Counted from the stretch's first letter, positions 17,266 through 26,786 are shown. The stretch is 49,382 nucleotides of DNA from Candidatus Zixiibacteriota bacterium (GCA_050117845.1 JASFLY010000021.1:1-49382); one strand, 5' to 3'. Translations and numbers: made by a program. Notes: generated from the letters alone by a model not told the origin.

Positions 17266-18042
17266 ATGAATAAACACATCGCGATAATATCAGCTCTCCT
17301 CCTCCTCGCCACGGCCGCCTTCGCCGACTTCGGCGACGTCCTCTGCTCGTGGGATGCCCCGGGCGAAGGATATTGCGCCGGCGTAGCATGGGACGGCGAA
17401 TATATATGGTGCAATAAACATTCCACTACATACCAGGATATGATGTATCGGTGCGTAGCGTCGAACGGTAGCGTCGTTTCCTCTTTCGAAACGGTCTTCG
17501 GGAACTATTTCCGCGCTAGCGGGATATGTTACCGCCTTTGGAGCGGTAGCCCTTGTATTGAAGCCGCCGTGGCGGATACATTAGCCGACGAATATTTCCT
17601 ATACCGGCATAACTTTAACGGATCGGTTGTTAACAGGTTGCAAGTCCATCTACCCGGCGGCGTAGGCTTCAGTAGCGTGTTCTACGACGGTCAGAACGAT
17701 TGGGTTTGCGAACCGAACGCTCCACGGAGTAACGCGTATAAGATTAACGGAGGCGGGTCCGCGGTTTCCTCTTTTACGGTGAATCAACCGGGCGCCACCT
17801 ACGGCATTACTAAACAGGGTGATTATTTTTGGTTTCCTACTGATTCCGCTGATGTTTATAAAACCCGTCCGAACGGTTCCGTCGTGGCCTCGTTTAAAAC
17901 TATAGCGTCTCTCCACGATTGTACGTATGCGAATAAAAAACTATGGGTGAGTTTCGGTGATGAGATTTTTTGCTTCGACGTCTCCAACGCCCCCGCTGTG
18001 GCGCCAGCGTCGATCGGTAAGATAAAGGCATTGTACAGGTAA
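17266..18042 (+). CDS. Secreted GSVVSSF-repeat protein, paralog of 15109-15891, with short C-terminal motif
   Basis: SD GGAGGT; signal peptide MNKHIAIISALLLLATAAFA; repeats NGSVVSSF/GSAVSSF/NGSVVASF; ends AVAPASIGKIKALYR. Confidence 0.8.
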   Translation: MNKHIAIISALLLLATAAFADFGDVLCSWDAPGEGYCAGVAWDGEYIWCNKHSTTYQDMMYRCVASNGSVVSSFETVFGNYFRASGICYRLWSGSPCIEAAVADTLADEYFLYRHNFNGSVVNRLQVHLPGGVGFSSVFYDGQNDWVCEPNAPRSNAYKINGGGSAVSSFTVNQPGATYGITKQGDYFWFPTDSADVYKTRPNGSVVASFKTIASLHDCTYANKKLWVSFGDEIFCFDVSNAPAVAPASIGKIKALYR

Positions 18043-18088
18043 GACCTTGACGCGCTGAGTTAAGCCCCGGGAGGGGCTTTTACTTTAT

Positions 18089-18583
18089 ATGAGGTTGTTG
18101 ACGGTTAGCCTTCTCTTGTTCGTGGCAGTGGCGCCAGCCTTCGCGGGCCATATCCACTTCTCCGGCGGCATATCGCTCTTCACGCCGCCGGAACCGGGCG
18201 CCGACTCGACGCCCCTCTACAAGCTCGGCGTGTCGTACTGGTTCACCAAACGCGCGTCGGCCAACGTCGAGTTCGCCTACGCCGGATACCGCATCGAGGG
18301 CGTGAAGTATTACTACGTACCGTCCAAGCTTCGCCTGATAGGCCACCCGCGGGCAGGCCGCCTCCTAGACCCCTATTGCGGCGGCGGCTTCATCTACTCC
18401 AAGAAGAAGAACGACCATACTGGATGGAACGCGAAGTTCGGCTACACCGGCCTACTCGGCTTCAACTTCCTTATCCTGCACGACACGACGGTCGGCGGCT
18501 ACGGCGAGTACGTCGTGCCCGATTGGCACACAACCGACGGCTACTGGGAATACGGCTTCAACTTCTCGGGCCTGGCGTTCTGA
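18089..18583 (+). CDS. Small outer-membrane beta-barrel protein (OmpW/OmpA-TM-like)
   Basis: Signal peptide; alternating aromatic beta-strands; LDPYCGGG; C-terminal Phe. Confidence 0.65.
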   Translation: MRLLTVSLLLFVAVAPAFAGHIHFSGGISLFTPPEPGADSTPLYKLGVSYWFTKRASANVEFAYAGYRIEGVKYYYVPSKLRLIGHPRAGRLLDPYCGGGFIYSKKKNDHTGWNAKFGYTGLLGFNFLILHDTTVGGYGEYVVPDWHTTDGYWEYGFNFSGLAF

Positions 18584-18708
18584 GCCGGCCGGCGCGCCCT
18601 CCTTATTGGGCCCCCCAATGTTGAATATCTATGTTAATATTCTGGCTAGCAATATAAGCGTGCGGGGTAATTTTAGTAATAAACGGTCGATCTTGAGGAG
18701 GTAGAGAC

Positions 18709-19626
18709 GTGAGAAAAGGAGCGTGGGCATTAATAGTTACGGTCGTTTTACCGGCGGCGGTTTTCCCTGGTTACGAGTACGAGGGAGAATGGACTTCGTT
18801 CATACGGTATATAGCGACGGCCCCCAACGGCAACGTTTACGGCACGGAGGGTTCCGAACACCAGGTCCTGTATTATGATTCTACCGGCTCTTTCCTGGGC
18901 CAGTGGGGTGAGTGGGGAGTGCGCAAAGGCCGGTTCTGGAATCCGTTGGATATCGACGTGGCGGCGAACGGCCACGTTTACGTCTGCGATTGGCAGAACT
19001 ACCGGGTACAATACTTCACGTCAACGGGTTCGTTTCTGGGAAAGTGGGGTTCGGAAGGCACCGGGAATAACGAATTCACCTTCCCGCATTACTTATCGAT
19101 AGGCCCCGGTAACACCGTATACGTTATGGACGGGACGCCCACGAGGTGTATAAAATATTTCACCGCTACGGGATCATTTCTCGGGAAGTGGGATCTCGAC
19201 TACGTGGAGTATCCCAACGGTTTGGGCGTATCGCCGGTAACAGGCCGGGTATACGTTACCGACGGGGATTACGATCGGGTCGTTTACTATTCGTCCACGG
19301 GGAGTTTGCTCGGAGAATGGGGCCATCGGGGCACTCGTCCGGGGGAATTCGACGAACCGTCCGGCATTTCCGTAGGCCGGGATGGCCGCGTTTTCGTGGT
19401 GGATGAGGCGAACGACCGGATACAGTTCTTCACCTCGTCCGGCTCGATTATAGGGATAATCGCCGAAATGGGGAACTTCAACCTCCCGGTAGACGTCGCG
19501 GTTTCCTGGACCGGCGCCCGCTTTTACGTGAAGGACGGTCACTATAGCCGCATAAAATATTTCAAGCGTAATACGCCGGCGGTGGAACCGACTTCCCTGG
19601 GAAGAGTGAAGACGTTGTTCAATTAA
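18709..19626 (+). CDS. Secreted NHL-repeat beta-propeller with short C-terminal motif
   Basis: Repeats FxxPxxIxVxxxGxVYVxDxxNxRVQYFTSTGSFLGKWG; SD GAGGAGG; ends AVEPTSLGRVKTLFN. Confidence 0.9.
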   Translation: MRKGAWALIVTVVLPAAVFPGYEYEGEWTSFIRYIATAPNGNVYGTEGSEHQVLYYDSTGSFLGQWGEWGVRKGRFWNPLDIDVAANGHVYVCDWQNYRVQYFTSTGSFLGKWGSEGTGNNEFTFPHYLSIGPGNTVYVMDGTPTRCIKYFTATGSFLGKWDLDYVEYPNGLGVSPVTGRVYVTDGDYDRVVYYSSTGSLLGEWGHRGTRPGEFDEPSGISVGRDGRVFVVDEANDRIQFFTSSGSIIGIIAEMGNFNLPVDVAVSWTGARFYVKDGHYSRIKYFKRNTPAVEPTSLGRVKTLFN

Positions 19627-19661
19627 AGGCGGGGCCGGCCTTTGACGATATCCTATGATCG

Positions 19662-19691
19662 CGAAAGGCGCCCGTTATGCGGGCGCCTTCG
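19662..19691. terminator. Hairpin between convergent genes
   Basis: AAGGCGCCCG-TTATG-CGGGCGCCTT. Confidence 0.6.
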
Positions 19692-19712
19692 TCGTAAAGT
19701 ATGGGGTCGGGG

Positions 19713-21296
19713 TTACGCCCCCAGTATGGCGTCGACCTCCTCGCGGTCAACGTCGGTGACGTACGGCAGGCCGGTGATGGCCGCCGCCTCGGGCGTCAAC
19801 GCCGCCAGGTCGTCGCGCTCAATGTACTCCAGGGCGAACTCGCGACTGCCACACATCAGCTGCCGCAAACCCTGGCCCAGGCGCTCGTAGTAGGTATACA
19901 AACCTATGGCTCCCGGCGGCAACTTTTCGAACCCTTCCTCGCCCAGCTCGTGGCGCAGGTCGGCCGCGGTTACGAATATTTCGTCGACCGTCGTGCCGAA
20001 GCGCTCGACGTACACCGGAAGCTGGTGTTCCGCTATGGCCCGTCCTATTGTCTTGCCGACCATCGCCGCGGCGATGGGACCGCGGGCCATGCCGACCAGC
20101 TTGACGTACGGGGCGCCGAGCGCGATGGCCTTGAATATTTGATCCTCGAAGGTGAATCCGCCGGCCGCGACCAGCGGCGCCACGTACTCGCCCTTGTCCG
20201 CCAGCCGTTTCGTGTACTCGTACATTAGCGAGTGGATCTCGAGCGGCGGGATTCCCCACTCGTTCATCATCCGCCACGGGCTCATGCCGGTCCCGCCGCC
20301 CGCGCCGTCCACCGTCAACAGGTCTAACTTGTATTTGGACGCGAACTTTACGGCCCGGGCGAGGTCCGCCGGCCGGTACGCACCCGTCTTGAGGAAGACG
20401 TACTTGGCGCCGGCCTTGCGGAGTTCCTCGACGCGCGCGGCGAACGACTCCTCCGTCACCATGCCGACGCGCGAGTGACGCTCGAACTCCTTGAACGACC
20501 CGCGTTCGAACGCCTTGATGACGTTCGGGTCGGTGGGGTTCGGGAGGACGACGTAACCGCGCTCGTATAGCAGTTGAGCTTTTTTGAGGTCGCGTATTTT
20601 AACCTCGCCGCCGATGTCCTTGGCGCCCTGGCCCCATTTGAGTTCGACGCATTGTGCGCCCAACTTCTCTATGGCGTATTCCTGGGTGCCGAGGCGAGTG
20701 TCCTCGATGTTGGCCTGAACGACGATGGCGCCGTAGCCGTCCCGCTGGTGGTCGGTGAACAGCGTTACCCGCCGCTTGAGGTCCACGGTGTCGACGACGC
20801 GGCCTTTCTCGATTTTACTCTCGGGGTCCATCCCGACGACGTTCTCGCCGATGGTGAGGCCCGTTCCGGCCAGCGCCGTTCCGATGGCCAGCCCTTCCCA
20901 GTTGTTCTTGGCGATGTTGGTCGAGCCGATGCCCGGGATCATTATGGGCAACCGGAACTTGAGGCCCTGGTCGTGGCCCAACCGGACCTCGGTGTTGACT
21001 GCCGGGAAAATCGCCTTGTCGCTGTCGGCCTCGACCCCGTGCGCGCCCACGGCCGTACCCATGATGTTCAAGTGCGAATAGTCGACCGGGTAAACCTTTT
21101 CGGCCGCGGTGGTAATTACCCCGAACGGTTGGGGGTAAATAACCTCGTGGCCGCGGTAGGCCGACTTGCCGATTTCGCACATGCCGATGCAGCCGTCCAC
21201 GCACGTGACGCACATCCCGGATTGCGGAACGATTGAGTCTTCGGTCCGGTTCTTGGTCAGCGTAGCGGCCGAGGCATTAACCCTGGACAATGACAT
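19713..21296 (-). CDS. Stand-alone FMN-binding glutamate synthase domain protein (GltB2/GltS-like)
   Basis: ELKWGQGAKDIGGE, LTVDGAGGGTGMSP, AAGGF, KAIALGA; N-terminal CVTCVDGCIGMC; no amidotransferase domain; SD AAGGAG. Confidence 0.88.
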   Translation of the reverse strand: MSLSRVNASAATLTKNRTEDSIVPQSGMCVTCVDGCIGMCEIGKSAYRGHEVIYPQPFGVITTAAEKVYPVDYSHLNIMGTAVGAHGVEADSDKAIFPAVNTEVRLGHDQGLKFRLPIMIPGIGSTNIAKNNWEGLAIGTALAGTGLTIGENVVGMDPESKIEKGRVVDTVDLKRRVTLFTDHQRDGYGAIVVQANIEDTRLGTQEYAIEKLGAQCVELKWGQGAKDIGGEVKIRDLKKAQLLYERGYVVLPNPTDPNVIKAFERGSFKEFERHSRVGMVTEESFAARVEELRKAGAKYVFLKTGAYRPADLARAVKFASKYKLDLLTVDGAGGGTGMSPWRMMNEWGIPPLEIHSLMYEYTKRLADKGEYVAPLVAAGGFTFEDQIFKAIALGAPYVKLVGMARGPIAAAMVGKTIGRAIAEHQLPVYVERFGTTVDEIFVTAADLRHELGEEGFEKLPPGAIGLYTYYERLGQGLRQLMCGSREFALEYIERDDLAALTPEAAAITGLPYVTDVDREEVDAILGA

Positions 21297-21320
21297 AATC
21301 CGTATACTCCTTTCGCGTGA

Positions 21321-21998
21321 TTACTTGTTATCTATCTCGCAGGCGACGCATGGGTCCATATAGCACATCATATCGTGGAACTGTTCCTTCTCGACGCAGG
21401 GCGGCGCGAGATTGGCGCAGCCGCCGCATACGGCCTTTTCTGGCTCCGTGTACGTGCAACGGAGTTGGCAGGCCGGACAAATATAAATGCACCCTCCACA
21501 TAAGCGGCATTCGTCCGACTTGATGTCGAACGGGGTGCCGATGCTGCGGTTCTCGCCGCGGTTGCGGAAGCCGATGGCCTTGGCCATCATCTGCTCCTCG
21601 CACATCCGGACGCAGAGGCCGCACATGATGCAGTCCTCGTACTCCTGCTTGAAGCGCTGCTGCCGCACGTCGTGGGCCGAGGCGATATCCTGGATTACCT
21701 TCGATTGAGGGCAGGAGGCGAGCAGCAACTCTATTACCATCCGGCGGGCCCGCATGACCCGCTCGGAGGCGGTCCGCACTGTCAGCCCCTCCTCGGCCGG
21801 GTAGGTGCAGGAGGAGACGAGCTTCGCCCGCGCCCCTTCGCCTATTTCCACGACGCAAAGCCGGCACGCGCCGTAGGGTGAAAGGCCCTCGTTGTAACAG
21901 AGCGTCGGGATGGGGAAGCCGTAAAACTTGGCCGCTTCCAGAAGGGTCGTACCTTCTTCCACTTCGACTTCTAGGCCGTTGAGCTTGAATTTAATCAT
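21321..21998 (-). CDS. NuoG/HydA N-terminal-like Fe-S subunit ([2Fe-2S] + 2x[4Fe-4S]) with extra Cys-rich tail and no catalytic domain
   Basis: IPTLC, GACRLCVVE, SSCT; CIMCGLCVRMC; CRLCGGCIYICP; ATGA overlap with the upstream gene; start ATG 21998. Confidence 0.85.
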   Translation of the reverse strand: MIKFKLNGLEVEVEEGTTLLEAAKFYGFPIPTLCYNEGLSPYGACRLCVVEIGEGARAKLVSSCTYPAEEGLTVRTASERVMRARRMVIELLLASCPQSKVIQDIASAHDVRQQRFKQEYEDCIMCGLCVRMCEEQMMAKAIGFRNRGENRSIGTPFDIKSDECRLCGGCIYICPACQLRCTYTEPEKAVCGGCANLAPPCVEKEQFHDMMCYMDPCVACEIDNK

Positions 21999-24900
21999 GC
22001 TTTCTCTTCTCCTACCGCGACGGCTTCTCCGGTCTCGCCTGCGGATTGCGTGAACTCGAGGTCGCAACGCAAGCACCGGCGCGCTTCACGTCGCGCCGCG
22101 TCTTCGGTCAAACCCAGTTCGACTTCGACGAAATTCCCGGTCCGCTTCGCGCTCTCCAGGCGAGGCATTGTCGCCCGAGCGGGGACGGGAGCTTCCGTTT
22201 CCGCCTCTTGCGCCGGCGGTACGTAAATTTCGGGTAAACGCGTTTGAGCCGGGACCGTCAACTCCTCGCCCCGGAGGTAGCGACCGATGACCGTCGCGGC
22301 GTTCTTGCCGTCCGCCAGCGCCTCTACTACCGTGTTCGGGCCCCGCACGACGTCGCCCCCGGCGAATACGGCCTTTTTGGCGGTCTCGAACGTTTCGGGA
22401 TTCGTTGCCACCGTTCCCCATTCGGTAACGGCGACTTCCGGCCCGACCCCTTCGGTCTCGGGCGCCTCGCTAATGGCCACCACCAGCGTATCCAGCGGTA
22501 CGACGTACTCGCTGCCGGATACGGCGACCGGCTTACGGCGGCCCGACGCGTCGCGGGCGCCGAGCTCGTTTTTAATAAATTCCACGCCCGTCAAGCGCCC
22601 TTTCGTTTGCTTCACCGCCGCCGGCGAAACGAGCGTAACGAGTTCAACGCCCTCGTCCAACGCCGCTTCGATTTCCTCTTCGTAGGCGGGCATCTCGTCG
22701 CGCGTCCGGCGATAATAAATGGTTACGCTTTCGACGCCTTCCTGGCGTATGGCTACCCGGGCGGCGTCCACGGCCGAATTGCCGCCGCCGACGATGCCGA
22801 CGCGTCCCCGCGCCAGGCTCTCGCCGTGCAGGTTGAACACCTTAAGGAAATGCATGGAGGGATATACCCCCTGCGCTTCCTCGCCTGGAACGTCCAGCTT
22901 TCGGCTGCGGTGGGCCCCCAGCGCGAGGAGGACGGCGTCGTATCCGTTCTCCAACAGGCCGTCGACCGTTATATCGCGGCCGAGGGCCTTGTTCAACTCG
23001 AGCGTGACGTTCTCGTCGAGGAGCGCGTCGATTTCGGCCTCCAGTACGTCGCGCGGGAGCCGGTACGCGGGGATGGCGGCGACCAGCATACCGCCCGGTT
23101 TCCCCTCGGCCTCGTATATCGTAACGCGGTGGCCGGCGAGCGAAAGGTAATGGGCGGCGGCCAGGCCCGCGGGCCCTGCGCCCACGACGGCCACGCGTTT
23201 CCCCCCACCTTCCTCCGCGCGCGCCGGTTCATAGGCCGCCGGGTCGGCGCGGTCGGTTACGAATCGTTTCAACGCCCGGATGGCTACCGGGTCGTCGCCG
23301 GTCGCGCCGAGTTTGCACTTCTCCTCGCAGGGGTGGTTGCAGACCCGCGCGCACACGGACGGTAGGGGGTTGGGCTCCCGCAGCACCCGGTAGGCGCCGT
23401 CGTAATCCCCTTGTTCGACGAGCGCCACGTAGCGCCAGGCTTCCGTCCCCAGCGGACAGGCCGCCTGACACGGCGCGCCGACGAGTTCCTTACAAACGAA
23501 AGCGTCGCATCGCTTATCGTAGATGTGCCGCTCGTATTCGTGGCGGTAATAACGGAGCGTCGTCAATACCGGGTTGGGCGCCGAATGCCCCAGGCCGCAC
23601 ATGGTCGTATCCGCGACCGTACTCGCCAACTCTTCCAGCAAATCCAGGTGTTCCGGCGTGCCCTTTCCCTTCGTTATGTCGTCAAGCAACTCGTACATCC
23701 GTTGCGTCCCCTTGCGGCAGGTGAAACATTTGCCACAGGACTCGTCCTTCAGAAAAGACATGAAGTACTTGGCGACGTCCACCATACAGGTGGTCTCGTC
23801 CATGACTATCATGCCGCCCGAGCCCATCATTGCGCCGGCCTCGCGGAGGCTGTCGTAATCTACGGCGAGGTCGAACATGGAGGCCGGGATGCAGCCGCCG
23901 GAGGGGCCCCCGGTCTGAACCGCTTTAATTTTCGCCCGGCCCGAAGGCCCGCCGCCGATGTCGTAAACTATTTCGCCTATGCTGATTCCCATCGGGACTT
24001 CGACCAGGCCGGTGTTTTTTATCTTGCCGACCAGCGAGAATATCTTGGTGCCGGTGCTGCCCGGGACGCCGACGCGGGCGTACTCCTCCGCGCCGCGGCT
24101 GATTATCACCGGGACGTTGGCCCATGTCTCCACGTTGTTTACGCAGGTGGGGTGGCCCCATATGCCCTTCTCGATAGGGTAGGGGGGCCGCTGGCGGGGT
24201 TCGCCCGCTTTGCCCTCGATGGATTTGATTAGGGCCGTCTCCTCGCCGCACACGAACGCTCCGGCGCCGCGGACGACTTCCACTTCGAACGACAACCCCG
24301 TGCCCAGGATATCCTCGCCCAACAGGCCGAGTTCGCGAGCCTGGCGCAGCGCGATTATGAGGTGCTTGATGGCCAGCGGGTACTCGCTGCGTACGTATAC
24401 GTAACCGCGGGTGGCGCCGATGGCCACGCCGCCGATTATCATGCCTTCCAGTATCAGGTGCGGATTTCCCTCGAGCAGGCTGCGGTCCATATAGGCGCCC
24501 GGGTCGCCCTCGTCGGCGTTGCATACGATGAATTTCTGCTCGCCGGCCTTCCCGGCCTCCCGGGCCATGGCCCACTTCCGGCCCGTGGGGAAGCCGCCGC
24601 CGCCCCGGCCGCGCAGGCCCGACTTGAGGATCTCTTCTATAATCCGCCCCGGGTCCGGTTTCGACAGGACCTTCTCCAGCGCCCCGTACCCTCCGCGCTC
24701 GATATAGTCGAAGATGCGGATCGGGTCGAGCGTCTGGTTGTTTCCGAGGATGGTACGGGTTTGTTTTTGGAAGAACGGGATGTCGGCCTGCGAGTGGAAA
24801 CCGCGCCGCTCGCCGGGCTCGCGGTAGATTAACTCCTCCTCCACGTATCCGCCCAACGCCGCCTCGATGACCCGGGGGACGTCCTCCATGTTGAGTTTGG

Positions 24901-25168
24901 GGTACAGGTGCTGACCCGGCTCCACCAGGATGAACGGGTCCATCTCGCAGAAACCCTGACATCCGGTAATCCGCAGGTGTACCTTTTCGTGTAGGCCGTG
25001 GTCGAGGATGTAACGTTTTATTACCCGTATAACGTCGTTGGATCCGCTGGCTTGGCCTCCGGTCCCGGCGCAGACGACCAGCGTTAATTCGCCGGTCTGG
25101 TCGGCGGCATCCTCTATTATCCGGCGACGAAATTCCGCTAGCTCGTCCACGGATAGCAGTTTTTCCAT
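21995..25168 (-). CDS. NuoF/HydB-like NADH:FMN subunit fused to a GltD-like FAD/NAD(P)H module
   Basis: SGLRGRGGGGFPTG, CNADEGDPG, GAFVCGEET, GGPSGG, ESCGKCFTCR; then PCQAACP, CARVCNHPCEEKC, GAGPAG, GGGNSAVD, YYRR, CLRCD. Confidence 0.92.
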   Translation of the reverse strand: MEKLLSVDELAEFRRRIIEDAADQTGELTLVVCAGTGGQASGSNDVIRVIKRYILDHGLHEKVHLRITGCQGFCEMDPFILVEPGQHLYPKLNMEDVPRVIEAALGGYVEEELIYREPGERRGFHSQADIPFFQKQTRTILGNNQTLDPIRIFDYIERGGYGALEKVLSKPDPGRIIEEILKSGLRGRGGGGFPTGRKWAMAREAGKAGEQKFIVCNADEGDPGAYMDRSLLEGNPHLILEGMIIGGVAIGATRGYVYVRSEYPLAIKHLIIALRQARELGLLGEDILGTGLSFEVEVVRGAGAFVCGEETALIKSIEGKAGEPRQRPPYPIEKGIWGHPTCVNNVETWANVPVIISRGAEEYARVGVPGSTGTKIFSLVGKIKNTGLVEVPMGISIGEIVYDIGGGPSGRAKIKAVQTGGPSGGCIPASMFDLAVDYDSLREAGAMMGSGGMIVMDETTCMVDVAKYFMSFLKDESCGKCFTCRKGTQRMYELLDDITKGKGTPEHLDLLEELASTVADTTMCGLGHSAPNPVLTTLRYYRHEYERHIYDKRCDAFVCKELVGAPCQAACPLGTEAWRYVALVEQGDYDGAYRVLREPNPLPSVCARVCNHPCEEKCKLGATGDDPVAIRALKRFVTDRADPAAYEPARAEEGGGKRVAVVGAGPAGLAAAHYLSLAGHRVTIYEAEGKPGGMLVAAIPAYRLPRDVLEAEIDALLDENVTLELNKALGRDITVDGLLENGYDAVLLALGAHRSRKLDVPGEEAQGVYPSMHFLKVFNLHGESLARGRVGIVGGGNSAVDAARVAIRQEGVESVTIYYRRTRDEMPAYEEEIEAALDEGVELVTLVSPAAVKQTKGRLTGVEFIKNELGARDASGRRKPVAVSGSEYVVPLDTLVVAISEAPETEGVGPEVAVTEWGTVATNPETFETAKKAVFAGGDVVRGPNTVVEALADGKNAATVIGRYLRGEELTVPAQTRLPEIYVPPAQEAETEAPVPARATMPRLESAKRTGNFVEVELGLTEDAARREARRCLRCDLEFTQSAGETGEAVAVGEEKA

Positions 25169-25207
25169 TAAGTCAGATCTCCTTGTAACGCCGGTGAATC
25201 CCGGCTT

Positions 25208-26227
25208 TTATGCCACTACCGACCCGCTCACGTCCAGCATGTGACCCTTACAACCGCGGCGCGAGCATATCTGAACCACGCCGCCGCCCCGTACGATCAT
25301 GGGGACCATCGGCGCTCCGCATTCCAGACACGCCGCGGCCCCGCGCAACTCGGCGTGGCAATGGGGGCAGAAGAAATTGACGACGGCGTCTTTAGGAATG
25401 TCGTGTTCGGACTCAACGTTATAGCTGCCGTACAGGCTGGAGAGCCTTAGCCACCCGTGTTCCCGGCCGAAGGACATCGTTACCCGAATCGACGGGTTCC
25501 CGTCGATTTCGAAGTCCGGGTCCATCAAGCCGTGATTGCAGCGCGGGCAACTGACCTGAATCGGGAAAACGCGGCGGTCGCCCTTAACTTCCACGCGGTC
25601 GAGGCCCTCGCGAGTGCGGGCGAGGATACCGTCTACGTCCCTCGTCCCGACGTGCGGGAAATAGTGGCCGTCGACTACCACGACCGGCCCCAGCGCGCAC
25701 GCGCCGAGACAGTTCACCGTCTCGAGCGTGAATTCGTGGTCGTCCGTGGTCTCGCCGGCTTTGATGCCGAGTTGCCGTTCGAGCTCCTTCGCGATGCCGG
25801 GGCCTCCCCGGACGTGGCACGCCGTTCCTAAACACACGGAGACTAGATGTTTACCGCGCGGTTTAAGGCTGAACGCCCTGTAAAAAGTGGCGACGGCGTA
25901 GACGTCGACCATCGACGCCCCCGTGTTTTCGGCCACCACCTGGAGGGCCCGAGGCGGGAGGTATCCGTACTTCGCCTGGATTTCCTCCAACATGGCTATG
26001 ACCGCGCCGCGCCGGCCGCCGTGCCTTTCCACGACCTCGCCGAGGGTCGGCGTCTCGTAACTCTCGAAAAGGTCGCATTCCCAGATGGCGACGCCGGTGT
26101 TCTGTACGCGATAAGAACAGTGGGGTGCGTGGATGCACGTCGAACATATCCCCCGGTACTTCTCCGGGGAGGCCGTGGCGGCCTTACCCCCACCACCCGC
26201 CGCTGACGGCGTTGTATTGACTACCAT
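25208..26227 (-). CDS. NuoE/HydC-like [2Fe-2S] subunit with N-terminal Cys4 module and C-terminal multi-CxxC extension
   Basis: VATFY, VCLGTACHVRG, CLGACALGP; N-term CSTC..C..WEC; C-term CPRC, CPHC, CLEC, CSRRGC. Confidence 0.88.
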   Translation of the reverse strand: MVVNTTPSAAGGGGKAATASPEKYRGICSTCIHAPHCSYRVQNTGVAIWECDLFESYETPTLGEVVERHGGRRGAVIAMLEEIQAKYGYLPPRALQVVAENTGASMVDVYAVATFYRAFSLKPRGKHLVSVCLGTACHVRGGPGIAKELERQLGIKAGETTDDHEFTLETVNCLGACALGPVVVVDGHYFPHVGTRDVDGILARTREGLDRVEVKGDRRVFPIQVSCPRCNHGLMDPDFEIDGNPSIRVTMSFGREHGWLRLSSLYGSYNVESEHDIPKDAVVNFFCPHCHAELRGAAACLECGAPMVPMIVRGGGVVQICSRRGCKGHMLDVSGSVVA

Positions 26228-26290
26228 TCCGTCTCCTAGTTGGATTATCGAAACGTCTCGTTTAATGCGTTGGCCGGAGGCCGTTCGGGT

Positions 26291-26647
26291 TTAGCAGTAT
26301 TCCTCGCAGTTCCATACGCCGCCGGCGGGCCGGGCGATATTGCAAGTGTCGCGGTTTTCGCAATTGCGGCAAAGGCCCTTGTACTCGATGGCGTCGAACT
26401 CGGCCCGCCGCGATTTGCGGGGCTTCGGAAGGATTTCGGAAAGGCCGCCGTTGAACTCGACGCCGCTGAGCGAAACGTGGTCGTCGTAATTTTCGCAATC
26501 CCAGATCGGCGTATTGGCATTTCGGATGCGGTGGGCACAGTCCGGCGCGTGATTGCAAGTCGAACAGATGCCCAGATACTCGGCCGTGGTCGTACGTACA
26601 GTCCGAGTAACAACGCCGGCCTTGGCTTTCATCTTCGCACGAGCCAT
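26291..26647 (-). CDS. Small protein with two Cys4 modules
   Basis: YLGICSTCNHAPDC...IWDCENY and YKGLCRNCENRDTC...VWNCEEY; SD AAGGAG; first gene after the sigma54 promoter. Confidence 0.8.
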   Translation of the reverse strand: MARAKMKAKAGVVTRTVRTTTAEYLGICSTCNHAPDCAHRIRNANTPIWDCENYDDHVSLSGVEFNGGLSEILPKPRKSRRAEFDAIEYKGLCRNCENRDTCNIARPAGGVWNCEEYC

Positions 26648-26706
26648 AACGGTCTCCTTGTTTTGCGTTCCGGGGATAGTCGTGGTATTACTCCGTACGT
26701 ATTAAG

Positions 26707-26722
26707 TGCAAAAGCTGTACCA
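26707..26722 (-). promoter_or_regulatory. sigma54 -24/-12 promoter
   Basis: TGGTAC-AGCTT-TTGCA vs consensus TGGCAC-N5-TTGCW, about 60 nt upstream of the operon start. Confidence 0.85.
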
Positions 26723-26773
26723 CTTTTCACAAAATCGCTTCCCGCCCCGGAAAATTCCGTGCAAGATATTGTT

Positions 26774-26786
26774 TATCAGCAAGTTA
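26774..26786 (+). promoter_or_regulatory. Putative IHF site
   Basis: TATCAGCAAGTTA matches WATCARNNNNTTR, lying between the sigma54 promoter and the putative enhancer. Confidence 0.6.

Noticed and set aside
16063..19626. tRNA-integrated island or prophage
   Set aside because: No integrase or phage genes and no duplicated tRNA 3' end seen; the cargo genes have paralogs elsewhere in the window.
21321..26227. [FeFe]-hydrogenase, formate dehydrogenase or respiratory complex I
   Set aside because: No H-cluster motifs, molybdopterin domain or membrane Nuo subunits; only the diaphorase-type module is present.
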